A stretch of 59,697 nt of DNA from Octopus bimaculoides. Taxonomy: Eukaryota. Below, piece by piece: positions 40,601 through 51,829 of the stretch (its first letter is position 1; each line of letters starts with the position of its first letter). The stretch lies in contig NC_069002.1 in the NCBI RefSeq assembly GCF_001194135.2, forward strand, positions 34,962,907-35,022,603, written 5' to 3'. The position numbers and the translations under genes are program-made. The notes below the pieces were generated by a model that was given only the letters and a program-made list of their open reading frames with translations, ran no database searches and was not told the DNA's origin.

Positions 40601-41913
40601 TGTGTGCATGCAGGTATGTGTGTGTCTGCGCTTGTGTCTATGCGTGTGTCTTTGTGCCTATGTTTGTCCCCCACCACCGCCTGGTTAGTTGATCATCAAC
40701 TTGTTTAAATGCAATTCGCTTATCACTGGCATCATGATATAGCGCTGCACCTTTATTTATTGCTGCGCAAGAGGGATCAACTTCACATTTTGTCATTTCA
40801 AAGCGCGTCAAATCAAAAACTATTCGCTTTAAATATTAAATCCAGTCCACTCAGAATGTCTATGCTGTTACAATTAACCATTCAATTATTTTCCTTCAAA
40901 AATGAACTCAAAGTGCAAATCGTAAAACCATAGCGTCATACGTGCAAGACTTGGTTCAACAGAATTTCGAACGTCTCAGGTTAATTCTGGCGCCATTGGA
41001 ATGTCGGACGAATCACTGTAATTATTTATAATAACCAAATAAAATAGCCTCATTATTGCTTCATGTAAAGCTCCAGGAATGGTTGGTGTGACCTTTCAGC
41101 GATCACGTCATTGAAACATCACGTGAGTCATCAAATGTATGTACTGGCGCCGTGAAAACTAAATGCTATTTGATTGCTTCATAAGATCAATACATCGGGC
41201 TTAGAAAACAGCAGTGATCCTTCTAAAGAACACTGTAGTCATATCATCACCTAACTCAACATCATTTAAGATGATAATTCTTATAAACAATAGTGTCAGT
41301 CTTTGTAGCGTCGATGAAAACCTTGCGAACAAATACAATAGTTTTCATATACATGTGGTTTAGAAACATTTACTTAGAAATGCTTACAAAAAAAAAGCCA
41401 TCCGCTATGAAAGCAATGCAAAAGGAGGTGCGCTAAAACGCGTCGTTTTAAGTCATTTCTAACGAACCCTGAAAATAGGGAAAATGCTTTGTAAGTGAAA
41501 ATCGTTTCATCGAAACCTCTGACTCTAACACTGTTATATCACATACTTTACCACACGAGTACAACAGCTCTTGTAAACCATTGTGTTACTGCGGCAACTT
41601 ATGTAATACAACTGCATAAAAAGCACTTTGTAGTGTTTTCTCCTTTTTTTTTGGGGGGGGGGGCAGAATCGGCACAGCTGATATATAGTTAATGGAATAA
41701 TTGAAGTTATTGTTTGTATAATAGTGTAGGGCGAGGGTACACTTTGCATGGGTTTGCATGAAAGTGCTTTCTGNNNNNNNNNNNNNNNNNNNNNNNNNNN
41801 NNNNNNNNNNNNNNNNNNNNNNNNNNNNNNNNNNNNNNNNNNNNNNNNNNNNNNNNNNNNNNNNNNNNNNNNNNNNNNNNNNNNNNNNNNNNNNNNNNNN
41901 NNNNNNNNNNNNN

Positions 41914-41944
<31 letters not shown>

Positions 41945-41946
<2 letters not shown>

Positions 41947-42000
41947 CAGTGATGGGGAAATAAATATCCGTACATGTCAACATTCTTTATTTAATATCTA
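41945..42000 (+). mobile_element. Possible solo Tc1-like terminal repeat
   Basis: TA+CAGTGATGGGGAAATAAATAT resembles Tc1 termini; no partner TIR found. Confidence 0.25.
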
Positions 42001-43639
42001 ATGAACATATATGGATATACCCATGATATATTGGTATAGACATACATAAACTAAGAATATGCAAAATAAATTAATAAATTATAGTAACTAATGAATTTAT
42101 TTACGCATATAAGTATTTAGGGGTGAAAAAATTATTCGTAAAGAACATAAATAACTGAAAATTCTGATTTAATGCTTCGTGTTTCGCGTGCCTGAATTTG
42201 TAAATCTTTTTAATTTAATTAATTGATATCATTGTTTTAGTGTAAATCGCTCTTAAACAAGACTTCAGGACAAGTTTCCAGTCGGTGATGCTTTCCTTTT
42301 TTTTGTCCCCTAATCTCTTCAATCCACGTGGCTCTGAAATCTGAAAACAGTCAAGATCGATGACTCTTGAGAACGGGCATGACGGCAGAGCTATGAAAAT
42401 TGTGGTGAACGCTTCACTTTTTAATTAGTCTATGCTAAAATATTCGTCGAAATGTAATATGCCTTGTAACCCCTGTCGGTAATTAATTTCTGTCTCAGCA
42501 GGTGTCATGTTTAATTGCTTGTCAATTACAGCAAACAAGCAAACCTAAACTAATTATAAATTTCCCATAAAAAGACAAGCGAATAATTTATGATATCTTA
42601 CTTCCTATAGTAATGAAGATTCACTAGGCAATGGAACACTTGTTTTCAGTCAAGTCTTTAGTCAATGATTCTGTATCATCAGGTATTACAATCGAATTCA
42701 TAAATCTCTACATAAGTCTTTCCTAAAAGTGTCTTCTAAAATGATTGGAAAGCAGTCAGATGAATTATTCGCTATTACTTTTCCCATTGCTTAATTTGAA
42801 ATCAGCCTTACTTAGATTTGATCTGAGATCAGAAGCTGGAGAACCCTACGAACCGCTTCTTTTTCTTTCATCAGTGAGGGCCCAACAACTATATTAATCT
42901 ACATGTTATTTCCTAAGACGATAGCGCCTGATTTGAGAAATAAGTGATTGCTATATTTAGGTGGTCGAATTACCAAATACAGATTGTCATAAACTCAAAT
43001 TTTTGGTGTTGTTGCCTAGCAGAGTTTTTTTTTTTAAGGCTGATAATTGCTCTTATAAAAGTGATTAGGCGTCACGTCTCCAGCCTCGTACTAATCATCC
43101 GTTTCGGCGTTCTCTTCCTTATATTATGTCAGTCATGGAAGACCATCAATGGTAGTTATTAGCGTTGTCATTTCTCCTTTCTCTGGACGATATACAAAAC
43201 ATATAACTAGTACTTTCCTCACTTATCTCTGAAGTGAAATCTCATTGAGCTTCAACAGACATTTGCATTCCTGTCATCCAAAGGACCGAAATAATGAAAT
43301 ATATTTTTAATCTTGTTCTTGGTATTTCACCAAATGATTAAACTTCCGTTTTCTACGAGTATTTCTTTCCCTATTGTCAAAATGTCAGCTCTATGTCTGA
43401 AATGACCAAAGTGTTATAAAATATTCAGATTAAAATAAACGTCGGAATCTTGATTCTCATCGATGTAGCTTTAAGTTACTAGAGAGTACATATGTATGTG
43501 TGTGTGTGTGTTTATATATATGGGAGAATATACAAAAAATAACAACAGACGAGGACAGGTGGTGTAAATAACAAAAGTATATATTAGTATGACGCTCGGG
43601 AATACGGAAAGTCTTTGACGTTTCGAGCTNNNNNNNNNN

Positions 43640-43685
<46 letters not shown>

Positions 43686-43688
<3 letters not shown>

Positions 43689-43922
43689 AGGTTTAGACAA
43701 AAGTCACCTGTAAGTAACTCAGTCATATGATTCTAAGATTAAAAGAAAATATTATTTTGTATTAAACTTAGCGAAAAAATGCACAAATTTTGAAAATACG
43801 CTGATGATCACTTCCAGTGTTCCATTATTAAAAATTCATAATGGGAATGAATAAGTAAAATTGAATATTAAATATTTATGGAATTTTAGATTACTGTCGG
43901 GGTATTTTTGGCTAACCCTGTA
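43686..43922. mobile_element. Tc1/mariner-type MITE (~237 bp)
   Basis: Left end TATAGGTTTAGACAAAAGTCACCTGTAAGTAA versus reverse complement of right end TACAGGGTTAGCCAAAAATACCCCGACAGTAA; TA at both termini; AT-rich non-coding interior. Confidence 0.55.
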
Positions 43923-44227
43923 TAAGTATATGTATGTTAAGTCATAAGATGTTATAATTATGCGAGAGAACGTGGAAGAAAATTTCTGAAATTGGACCGC
44001 TATTTGCATATAAATCTATTAAGAATAACAAATATTGCGTTGAAATATTCCTCTGATTAGACAATGGCCAATATACATATATTCCAATATATTCTAATTG
44101 GCATCCTCTTTCTGCATGACCGTAGATTAACAAACTGCTTATAATATCGAACAGCTCGTTATGATCGGAATTCTTATATCACTGCGATTCAATGTGTTTC
44201 ACATTCTTTAGGAATAGCTAAAATTTA

Positions 44228-44313
44228 CATGGTTCCGGATTCAGTCTCACTGCATAGCACCTTCAGCAAGTGTCTTCTACTATAACCTCGAGCCGACCAA
44301 GACCTTGTGAGTG
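44228..44313 (+). mobile_element. SINE family B fragment
   Basis: catggttccggattcagtctcactgcatagcaccttcagcaagtgtcttctactataacctcgagccgaccaagaccttgtgagtg. Confidence 0.82.
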
Positions 44314-44827
44314 AAACAAATAAATTATATATATATATATATATATNNNNNNNNNNNNNNNNNNNNNNNNNNNNNNNNNNNNNNNNNNNNNNNNNNNNNN
44401 NNNNNNNNNNNNNNNNNNNNNNNNNNNNNNNNNNNNNNNNNNNNNNNNNNNNNNNNNNNNNNNNNNNNNNNNNNNNNNNNNNNNNNNNNNNNNNNNNNNN
44501 NNNNNNNNNNNNNNNNNNNNNNNNNNNNNNNNNNNNNNNNNNNNNNNNNNNNNNNNNNNNNNNNNNNNNNNNNNNNNNNNNNNNNNNNNNNNNNNNNNNN
44601 NNNNNNNNNNNNNNNNNNNNNNNNNNNNNNNNNNNNNNNNNNNNNNNNNNNNNNNNNNNNNNNNNNNNNNNNNNNNNNNNNNNNNNNNNNNNNNNNNNNN
44701 NNNNNNNNNNNNNNNNNNNNNNNNNNNNNNNNNNNNNNNNNNNNNNNNNNNNNNNNNNNNNNNNNNNNNNNNNNNNNNNNNNNNNNNNNNNNNNNNNNNN
44801 NNNNNNNNNNNNNNNNNNNNNNNNNNN

Positions 44828-44864
<37 letters not shown>

Positions 44865-47480
44865 GACTAATTAGAGTCGAGAATTTTTATTAATCACTAC
44901 AATTGTTTCGACCCATCTACCATCGATCCCTCGTGGGGCTTACTGGTTCAGGAGCACCCAACGATACAGATATTTCTCTTCGGGTGACAAATAGATATAA
45001 CTCGTTAAAATAACAGTTCCGCAATGTATACCTTCTCCCTTGGATAGAAGAATTTTTGCAAATGTGCTCAATACCGAAACTCGTGTAAAATGACTCCAAG
45101 AACTTAAAATGTGTCACTCGAAAGAAAATACCAGCTTAGTTTAATCAATGAAGTATATCGTGAATAATATGAATGTTCGTGTGTATTGCCATTGAGCTCT
45201 GTTACCATGCGGTAAAAATAAAACTATTACTCACAAAAAAACAAACATCCAGGATCCCGTTCATGTGTGACTATATGATGCGTGTGTGAAGATTCTATTA
45301 TAAATAATCGAAGAAACAAAATACTTGTAAATCTCCATTTTGCCGTTAAGCCAATATTTATTTTGTATGCAAATATCATCTAAAAACATACTGCAAATGG
45401 TGTACATAAACACACGATATATAAAAGTGAATTCTCCAACAGTTAATACAATTCCAATATTGAGAAACAAAATGGTAGAAAATGCAACCACTTCCTCCTT
45501 TCCCATTATTTCCCTCTTTCTCTATCTCTGTCTCTCACTCACTCTCCTCCACATCTCTCTGTCTCTCTCTCTCTCTCTCTTAAATCTTGTACGATGAAAT
45601 GCGTTTAGCCGATAAATACACTACCTGGCTAAAAGAAACGATATTGACGGATGAAACGCCATTTAACGTATATAATTATTATCAATTAGAGGTGAGTTGT
45701 GACTAAAAACACAAAGAATATTTGCTGTAACATGGGTGACATCTTATTTTGACACGTGGTCGATAATTTGTTTCCTGTAATAAGTCAAAGTGGAAGTCTT
45801 ATTATTTATTGAGCTGGTATCTTCCATTTTTTTTTCGCTCTCCACTGTCTGTCTTTAAATTAACATTTGCTGCTAACTGCACTGTAAATAGGTGACGTCT
45901 TAATCGCTATTCAATTAAGACACGACAATAAATTCACAACCTGTGACTTTAATAGACATATAACATATGTTTTGAATAGTTGACCGAATAGTTATGTAGT
46001 TTGCTTTGGAATCACGAGGTCACGGATAGGTAAAACATTATTCGGATCGACACTTATGCTCGGAGGGAAAAATAGATCGTTGCAAATCCTGTTGAAATTC
46101 GTTGTGTTGATTGTATTTATAATACTAAAAGGTTCGCAGCAGTGCAAAATTGTGATCCACTGGTTCTCTCCAACAATCACGTCAAGGATGCAGCTGTCTA
46201 TAGAATACTTAGCCACATACATGTTGGACCGTGGCATGTGATTAAGCTTGTCAGAATCATGAATCCCCCTCTTTGAGTGAGCGAGATCCACCATCACTCG
46301 CCAAATTGCTTGCTATCACTTGCGTTGTTTAAAATGCAATGAATAATAAAACAAAATCTATTACACCTTTTTTAACAAAACCTCAAAGTAACTTTGCTGC
46401 GGTCGCTAAACCAGCTAAAGCCAGAACTTGGGCCCGTATCAAGTACAAGCTTCACCTTTGAATTTTAGGTGAGAAAGGGGTGTTACCCTGTGTAATATAA
46501 TCCTATATATTATACTAAATATTTCTAATGAGTATTGTTAGAATATCTTTGATTGCAACTCTATTTCTCTAATCAATCAAGGCTGATTGGAGGCTAAACA
46601 ATAACAACTCCAACAACACCAACACCATCAGTAAAGAGAAAACGCTAAATGTATTATTCTACTGTGTATTTGACGAAACCATAAAGAGCGAAATTCACGA
46701 CGCAGCTGAATTAGAGCAATTATGAAGTAACTGCTAATTATGAACCGCACTGAATAGTAGAGTAAGGTTTAAAGTGAATGATGAACATCAGATAGAAGTT
46801 GATTATTCAGATTTGTTTTGTTTTTTGTTTGTTTCTTGTAAGTCATTGTTGTGAACTAAGCAAATTTTGCCTTCGTTTAATTTCAAATATATATCATTTA
46901 TGGAGACTATACAAATTCATTTACTTTGGAATATTGCATTTAATATGGATTTTACTACAACAAAATTAGACATTTGATAATAACTTAAGCAGGATTTACG
47001 TGTCACTAAATCTTGAAAAACCAGGAGGTAAAATGACATCATATACACCACAGATTGTGCGAAAAGTAAAATTACGCATCATATAAAACGAGCCTCTCTC
47101 TCTCTCTGCCCTCTCTTTTTCACTCGCTTCCTTCTATCTCCTACACAAACATATGCACACATACGTCCGCGTACACAATTCACACGTTTTATTTGAGTCC
47201 CTATAAGAAATTGCAGAACAAATAATGTCGCAATTAATTTTAAATTCACTGCTATCATAAACGGCTGTAAGAACAAAAATATTATCAATTTTTTTAATAA
47301 TAAATAATTATTATTAACTCACCATTCTTTCCTTCATTTACCTGGACATGAAATTTATTCTTAATACATACCTATTGAGTTAAGGAAATTTCATTTCCTA
47401 AAAATACTAGATATAAAACCTGTATTTCCTGGGATGCAACCATCCCTTTACGAGGTTAACGTATCCTTTAAGCAACTTTA

Positions 47481-47529
<49 letters not shown>

Positions 47530-47599
47530 GAAAGAAGGTTTGAAAATGCAAAGGNNNNNNNNNNAATGCAAAGGGCTTTTAGAGATTTTTATTGTGGAA

Positions 47600-47703
47600 G
47601 CGCAATGGCCTAGTGGTTAGGGCAGCGGACTCGCGGTCGGAGGGTCGCGGTTTCGATTCCCAGACCGGGCGATGTGTGTGTGTATTGAGTGAAAACACCA
47701 AAG
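47600..47703 (+). mobile_element. tRNA-like SINE head (fourth family), truncated
   Basis: A-box TGGCCTAGTGG and B-box-like GGTTTCGATTCC, but no acceptor-stem pairing and no poly-T terminator, so a SINE head rather than a tRNA gene. Confidence 0.7.
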
Positions 47704-48279
47704 GACATTAAAAGAAACATTCGACATTTGCCAACGAAGAAATTCAACTCTTAGTTTGATATATTTACAAAAACAGCAAGACAGTAATATATATCTGGGC
47801 GCTAAGGGAGTGACAGCTACTGTTTCGTTAGCGTGTAATGATTATTAAGTGAGTACTATGAACTATTTCATACTGCTGTTTCAATTTCGGTGACCTAGGG
47901 TTTTGAAAAGTTAAGAGTTTACAGAAACATAAATAGAGATTCACTCTCCGTTCTTTGCGATGACAATAAGAAGATATAATATTAATCACAGCAAGAATAG
48001 TTATCACTTACTGAAATAGCCAGTATCTAAAAAGAACTTTCACCCCTTTCAGTGAGGTCATACTAGGGGATCTTTAATATGTGGTTGAAAGGTGATTGCA
48101 AAGAAAGGATGATAGCACGTGCCACTTCGGGGTGAGAGAGCAGGGAGGTGCTTATTATAAGCTGTGTTACAGAAATAAGCATAGAAAATTAATTTGTATT
48201 CAGACATATTACACGTACACATCCATATGCAAATACACAGACACATGTAAACAGACACAAACACAAGGGTATGTATACA

Positions 48280-48485
48280 CACACACACATATATAAAATC
48301 ACACACAATCACACCCACACAATCATACACACACTCTCACACACACAATCACAGAGCCACACACACACAATAACATATACACAGTCACACACTCACAATC
48401 ACATACGATCATACCCACACAATCACACACATGCAATTCCACACACACACACACACACAATCACACACACACACATACACACATT
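48280..48485. repeat. Degenerate (CACACAAT)/(CA)n repeat
   Basis: Directly visible. Confidence 0.85.
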
Positions 48486-48625
48486 CACTTCTACGTATGG
48501 AGGCTGTGTGTAAGTTTATACACCCACGCACAGCCCACAAACAACACATGTACAGAAGCATTAAGTTTAAATTTAGATGATTAATAAGGAAGAGAAATAT
48601 GTACACATGCAGTTCTCTCTCTCTT

Positions 48626-48674
<49 letters not shown>

Positions 48675-49109
48675 CTGTGTGTGCGTGTGTGTGTATATGT
48701 ATTCAAATCTATTTGCGTGTTGGCATACATATACTTACCTATACAGGTACACGCATGCTGATATGTATAAATGCGCTTAATTGCGTGCGTAGCTGTATAT
48801 GTATGTGAGTATGTGGATGTAACCACACCTAAATAAATATGTTTATGATGAGGTGGGCGCAGGTGGGATGTCGGTAGATTGAGACCAAGAGTGAAAGGTA
48901 GATAAATCAATGAACAATGTGAAATATTTAGATAAATATCCATATAACCTGGTCGACTGTAATTCAATTACGGAGGAAACACAAACCGATGCTTTTGGCA
49001 AGGTTCCTATGAAGCTTGTGGGAGAGAATACCTGCGAGGCTTCCGGGTTTGAATTTAGGCCAAAATTACAATACCAACCACTAGGAGCAACAAAAACAAA
49101 TATAAACAA

Positions 49110-49480
49110 ACACACAACAGCAACAACAACAACAACACCGTCAGAAACATCTTCCTCGTTATGAACATCAACTTCGTTATGTTTATAACCGTTATCATCA
49201 GCGTCATAACCATCATCATCATCAGCAGCAGCATTACTGTCGTCTTCATCATCGCCATCTTCGTCATCATCATCATCATCATCTTCGTCATCATAATCAT
49301 CATTATCAGCATCGAGAATAAGAAATCAGCGGGAGCATAGAATAATATATAATATTCAAACGTCTATTGTAACTACTACTATTACTACTACTACTGCCGC
49401 TGCTGGCATTACTGCTACTGCTGCTATTAAAGATGACGATAAAAATAACAAAGAATATAACAATAATAATAACAATGAGG
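49110..49480. repeat. Trinucleotide repeat field (CAA, CAT/CGT, TAC, TGC, AAT)
   Basis: Directly visible. Confidence 0.88.
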
Positions 49481-50329
49481 TTTCAGATATCGCAGTACAG
49501 AGAATATGTGTCCAGACAAAAGCAATAAGGAAGAAAGAATGGCTAACAGTCCTAGAACTTGATAAGGTTTGGAGAAGGGGGAGGATGAGCGAAAATACGG
49601 GAACCGAGGCAGATATTAAGTGCAGCATACGTATCCCCGATGCACGGATATACGTATGCTTCACTTAATAAGAGTAATTGGGAGAATATAATGGCTCAAG
49701 CCCTGAGTGTGGAGAAGGAATAGATAATGACGATAAAGGAATGATCGATGACTGCTAGTTTCCTTGAGGAAAACCTGGATATGGAAATAAATGGATTCAG
49801 GAAAGAAGATAGAAATTTGCTCAGTGGGTGGGCCCTTGTGGTGAATAAAATGCTGAAAGAAATCAAGACGTAAAATATGACAAATAGATTAGTCAAAGTC
49901 TATATCATCTATATAGGAAACAAAAATAAGCCTCGAACCATACCGTAAATGCGGGAATGAAGAAAAAGAACCATGATAGAAAAGAATAAAACAATCAATG
50001 AACTAACTACGAAAATATATCAACATCTTGGAAACAAAGAAAAGAAGTGATAGCAAGAGGGAGGGGACATATTAGGAACTAAAGAACGTAGATAAAGTAT
50101 AAAGAAAAGGGAACTAAATGTAGTTTTTGAAGAGCTGAAACAAAAATTATAGGCTGAAGCGACAAAGATTGATAGACATGTCCAAAGAATTGAACAATGT
50201 AATATCAACAGATTGTTCTAACAGGACCAGAAACGGTTAACAGCAGTGAGAGACCAGACGCTGAAGAAAGGAAAAGGTTTTGGAGTAATATCTAGAAAAC
50301 TTGAAGAAAGCGTAACGAAGATGCTAAAT

Positions 50330-50775
50330 AATACAGTTCTATATTTAAGAGATGAAGAATTATGTACATTTACATTTGACGGATATTTGTCCTCATCTCA
50401 TTTGTTGTTAACACAACGTTTCGGCTGATGTACCCTCCAGCCTTCATCAGGTGTATTGGGGAAATTTCGAACCTGGGTTCACATTCCTAAGATATTTTTC
50501 AATGTTGTTGCTATTATTATTCAGGTCATTGTCTGAAACTGAACTCGGAATCTTGGGATTTGTAGCCCACGCGCTTAACTACTACGCCATATGCCCGTGT
50601 GCGTAATAATATTAATAATAATAACTATAATAATACTAATAATAACATCGAAAAATACGTTAGGAATGAGAACCGAGGTTCGAAATTTCCCCCAAATCCC
50701 TGATGAAACCTTGAGGGTATATCAGCCGAAACGTTGTGTTAACAAGATGAGGACAAATATCCGTCAGATGTAAAT
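50330..50775 (-). mobile_element. Non-autonomous retroelement: tRNA-like head plus hammerhead-bearing (Penelope pLTR-like) tail, with an inverted second tail
   Basis: Inverted arms 50368-50506 and 50644-50775; minus-strand head TGGCGTAGTAGTTAAG...GAGTTCAGTTTC at ~50535-50591; possible diverged TSD aacgaagatgctaaat (50314-50329) / aatgaaagatgataaat (50776-50792). Confidence 0.75.
50411..50454 (-). ncRNA. Minimal type I hammerhead ribozyme motif (PLE-type)
   Basis: RNA 5'-ACAC CUGAUGA A GGCUG gaggguacau CAGCC GAAA CG UU GUGU-3': intact core, 5-bp stem II, 4-bp stem I, palindromic ACGU stem III. Activity untested. Confidence 0.7.
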
Positions 50776-51795
50776 AATGAAAGATGATAAATGTTTGAAG
50801 GGATTACGGTTAGAAGAATATAAATGAAACAGAGCAATATTGGAATGACTGAAATGGGAACCGACCGGACAAGAAAGATCCAAAACTGAAAATTCCCGAG
50901 ACCGGATGGGGTACAAGTATATTCGCTGAAAAATATCCATGCACTACAAAGAAGAATAGCCACGCAAATGGATAAAATCTTCAACAACAGTGTACAAATC
51001 CCAAAGTGGCTGACCACAGGTTAAACAGTAATTAGCCAAAAGGATCTGAGCCAAGGCAATGCAGTGGATAACCACCGGCCTATCACCTGTCTGTCCCTAA
51101 TGTAGAAGCTAATGACAGGAATAATATCTAATTATGTGGCTTTCTGAAATGAACTTCCATTATGCAGCTGAGGAGTACATTTTCATTGCACATCTTATGT
51201 GGTGTTCTCACTACATAAATAAATGACGCTTGCACGGAACGTATGTACTGCTATAACCTAATACATTTTTGTTGCTTTTCTTCAAATCTAATTATGCGTA
51301 TAACTTCCTGGAAATAAATGATAAACTACCAGTGGAACAGAAAGGGGACAGAAAGAAGTGCAGACAGCTAACTCCACACAGTCTGCTACTGATATCAAAC
51401 CTATCCAGCATTCCTTTCTAATTAAATACAATCGCCCTATTAAACTAGCTCAAGTACAAGTCCTATATTCATATTGAATTCCTTCCTAGTTTTTCTGGCT
51501 AGATTTGCTAATTCAATTTTTTTTCAATCTACAAAAGCTGCTAAACGTCTAAGTAACGCTACTTACCAAGTATTTAAATTGTTGACAATTTAAAACTATA
51601 CTTTCTTATTAGCTCAATAGCCACTTGAGTTTCAGATCAAAGTAAGATCTTGCATTCCAGATCAAAGTATATATTTAACGACTTGAAAAAATATAATCAC
51701 ATTACACATATGCACACACGTTTGAAACCAACTGGCTATAACAGGTGTACGCCACCAAAAATCTGTGTNNNNNNNNNNNNNNNNNNNNNNNNNNN

Positions 51796-51829
<34 letters not shown>

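Larger units (their letters stand above)
49900..51140 (+). mobile_element. Decayed R4/Dong-clade LINE, interrupted by an insert at 50330-50775
   Basis: EEKEP.., ELNVVFEELKQKL*AEATKIDRHVQRIEQCNINRLF*QDQKR, PDAEERKRFWSNI. After the insert: KIQN*K.P.PDGVQVYSLKNIHALQRRIATQM...[42 protein letters not shown] (R4/Dong RT domains 0-2). May extend 5' to ~49500. Confidence 0.88.

Noticed and set aside
47600-47675. tRNA gene
   Set aside because: A and B boxes are present but the acceptor stem does not pair and no terminator follows; it is a SINE head.
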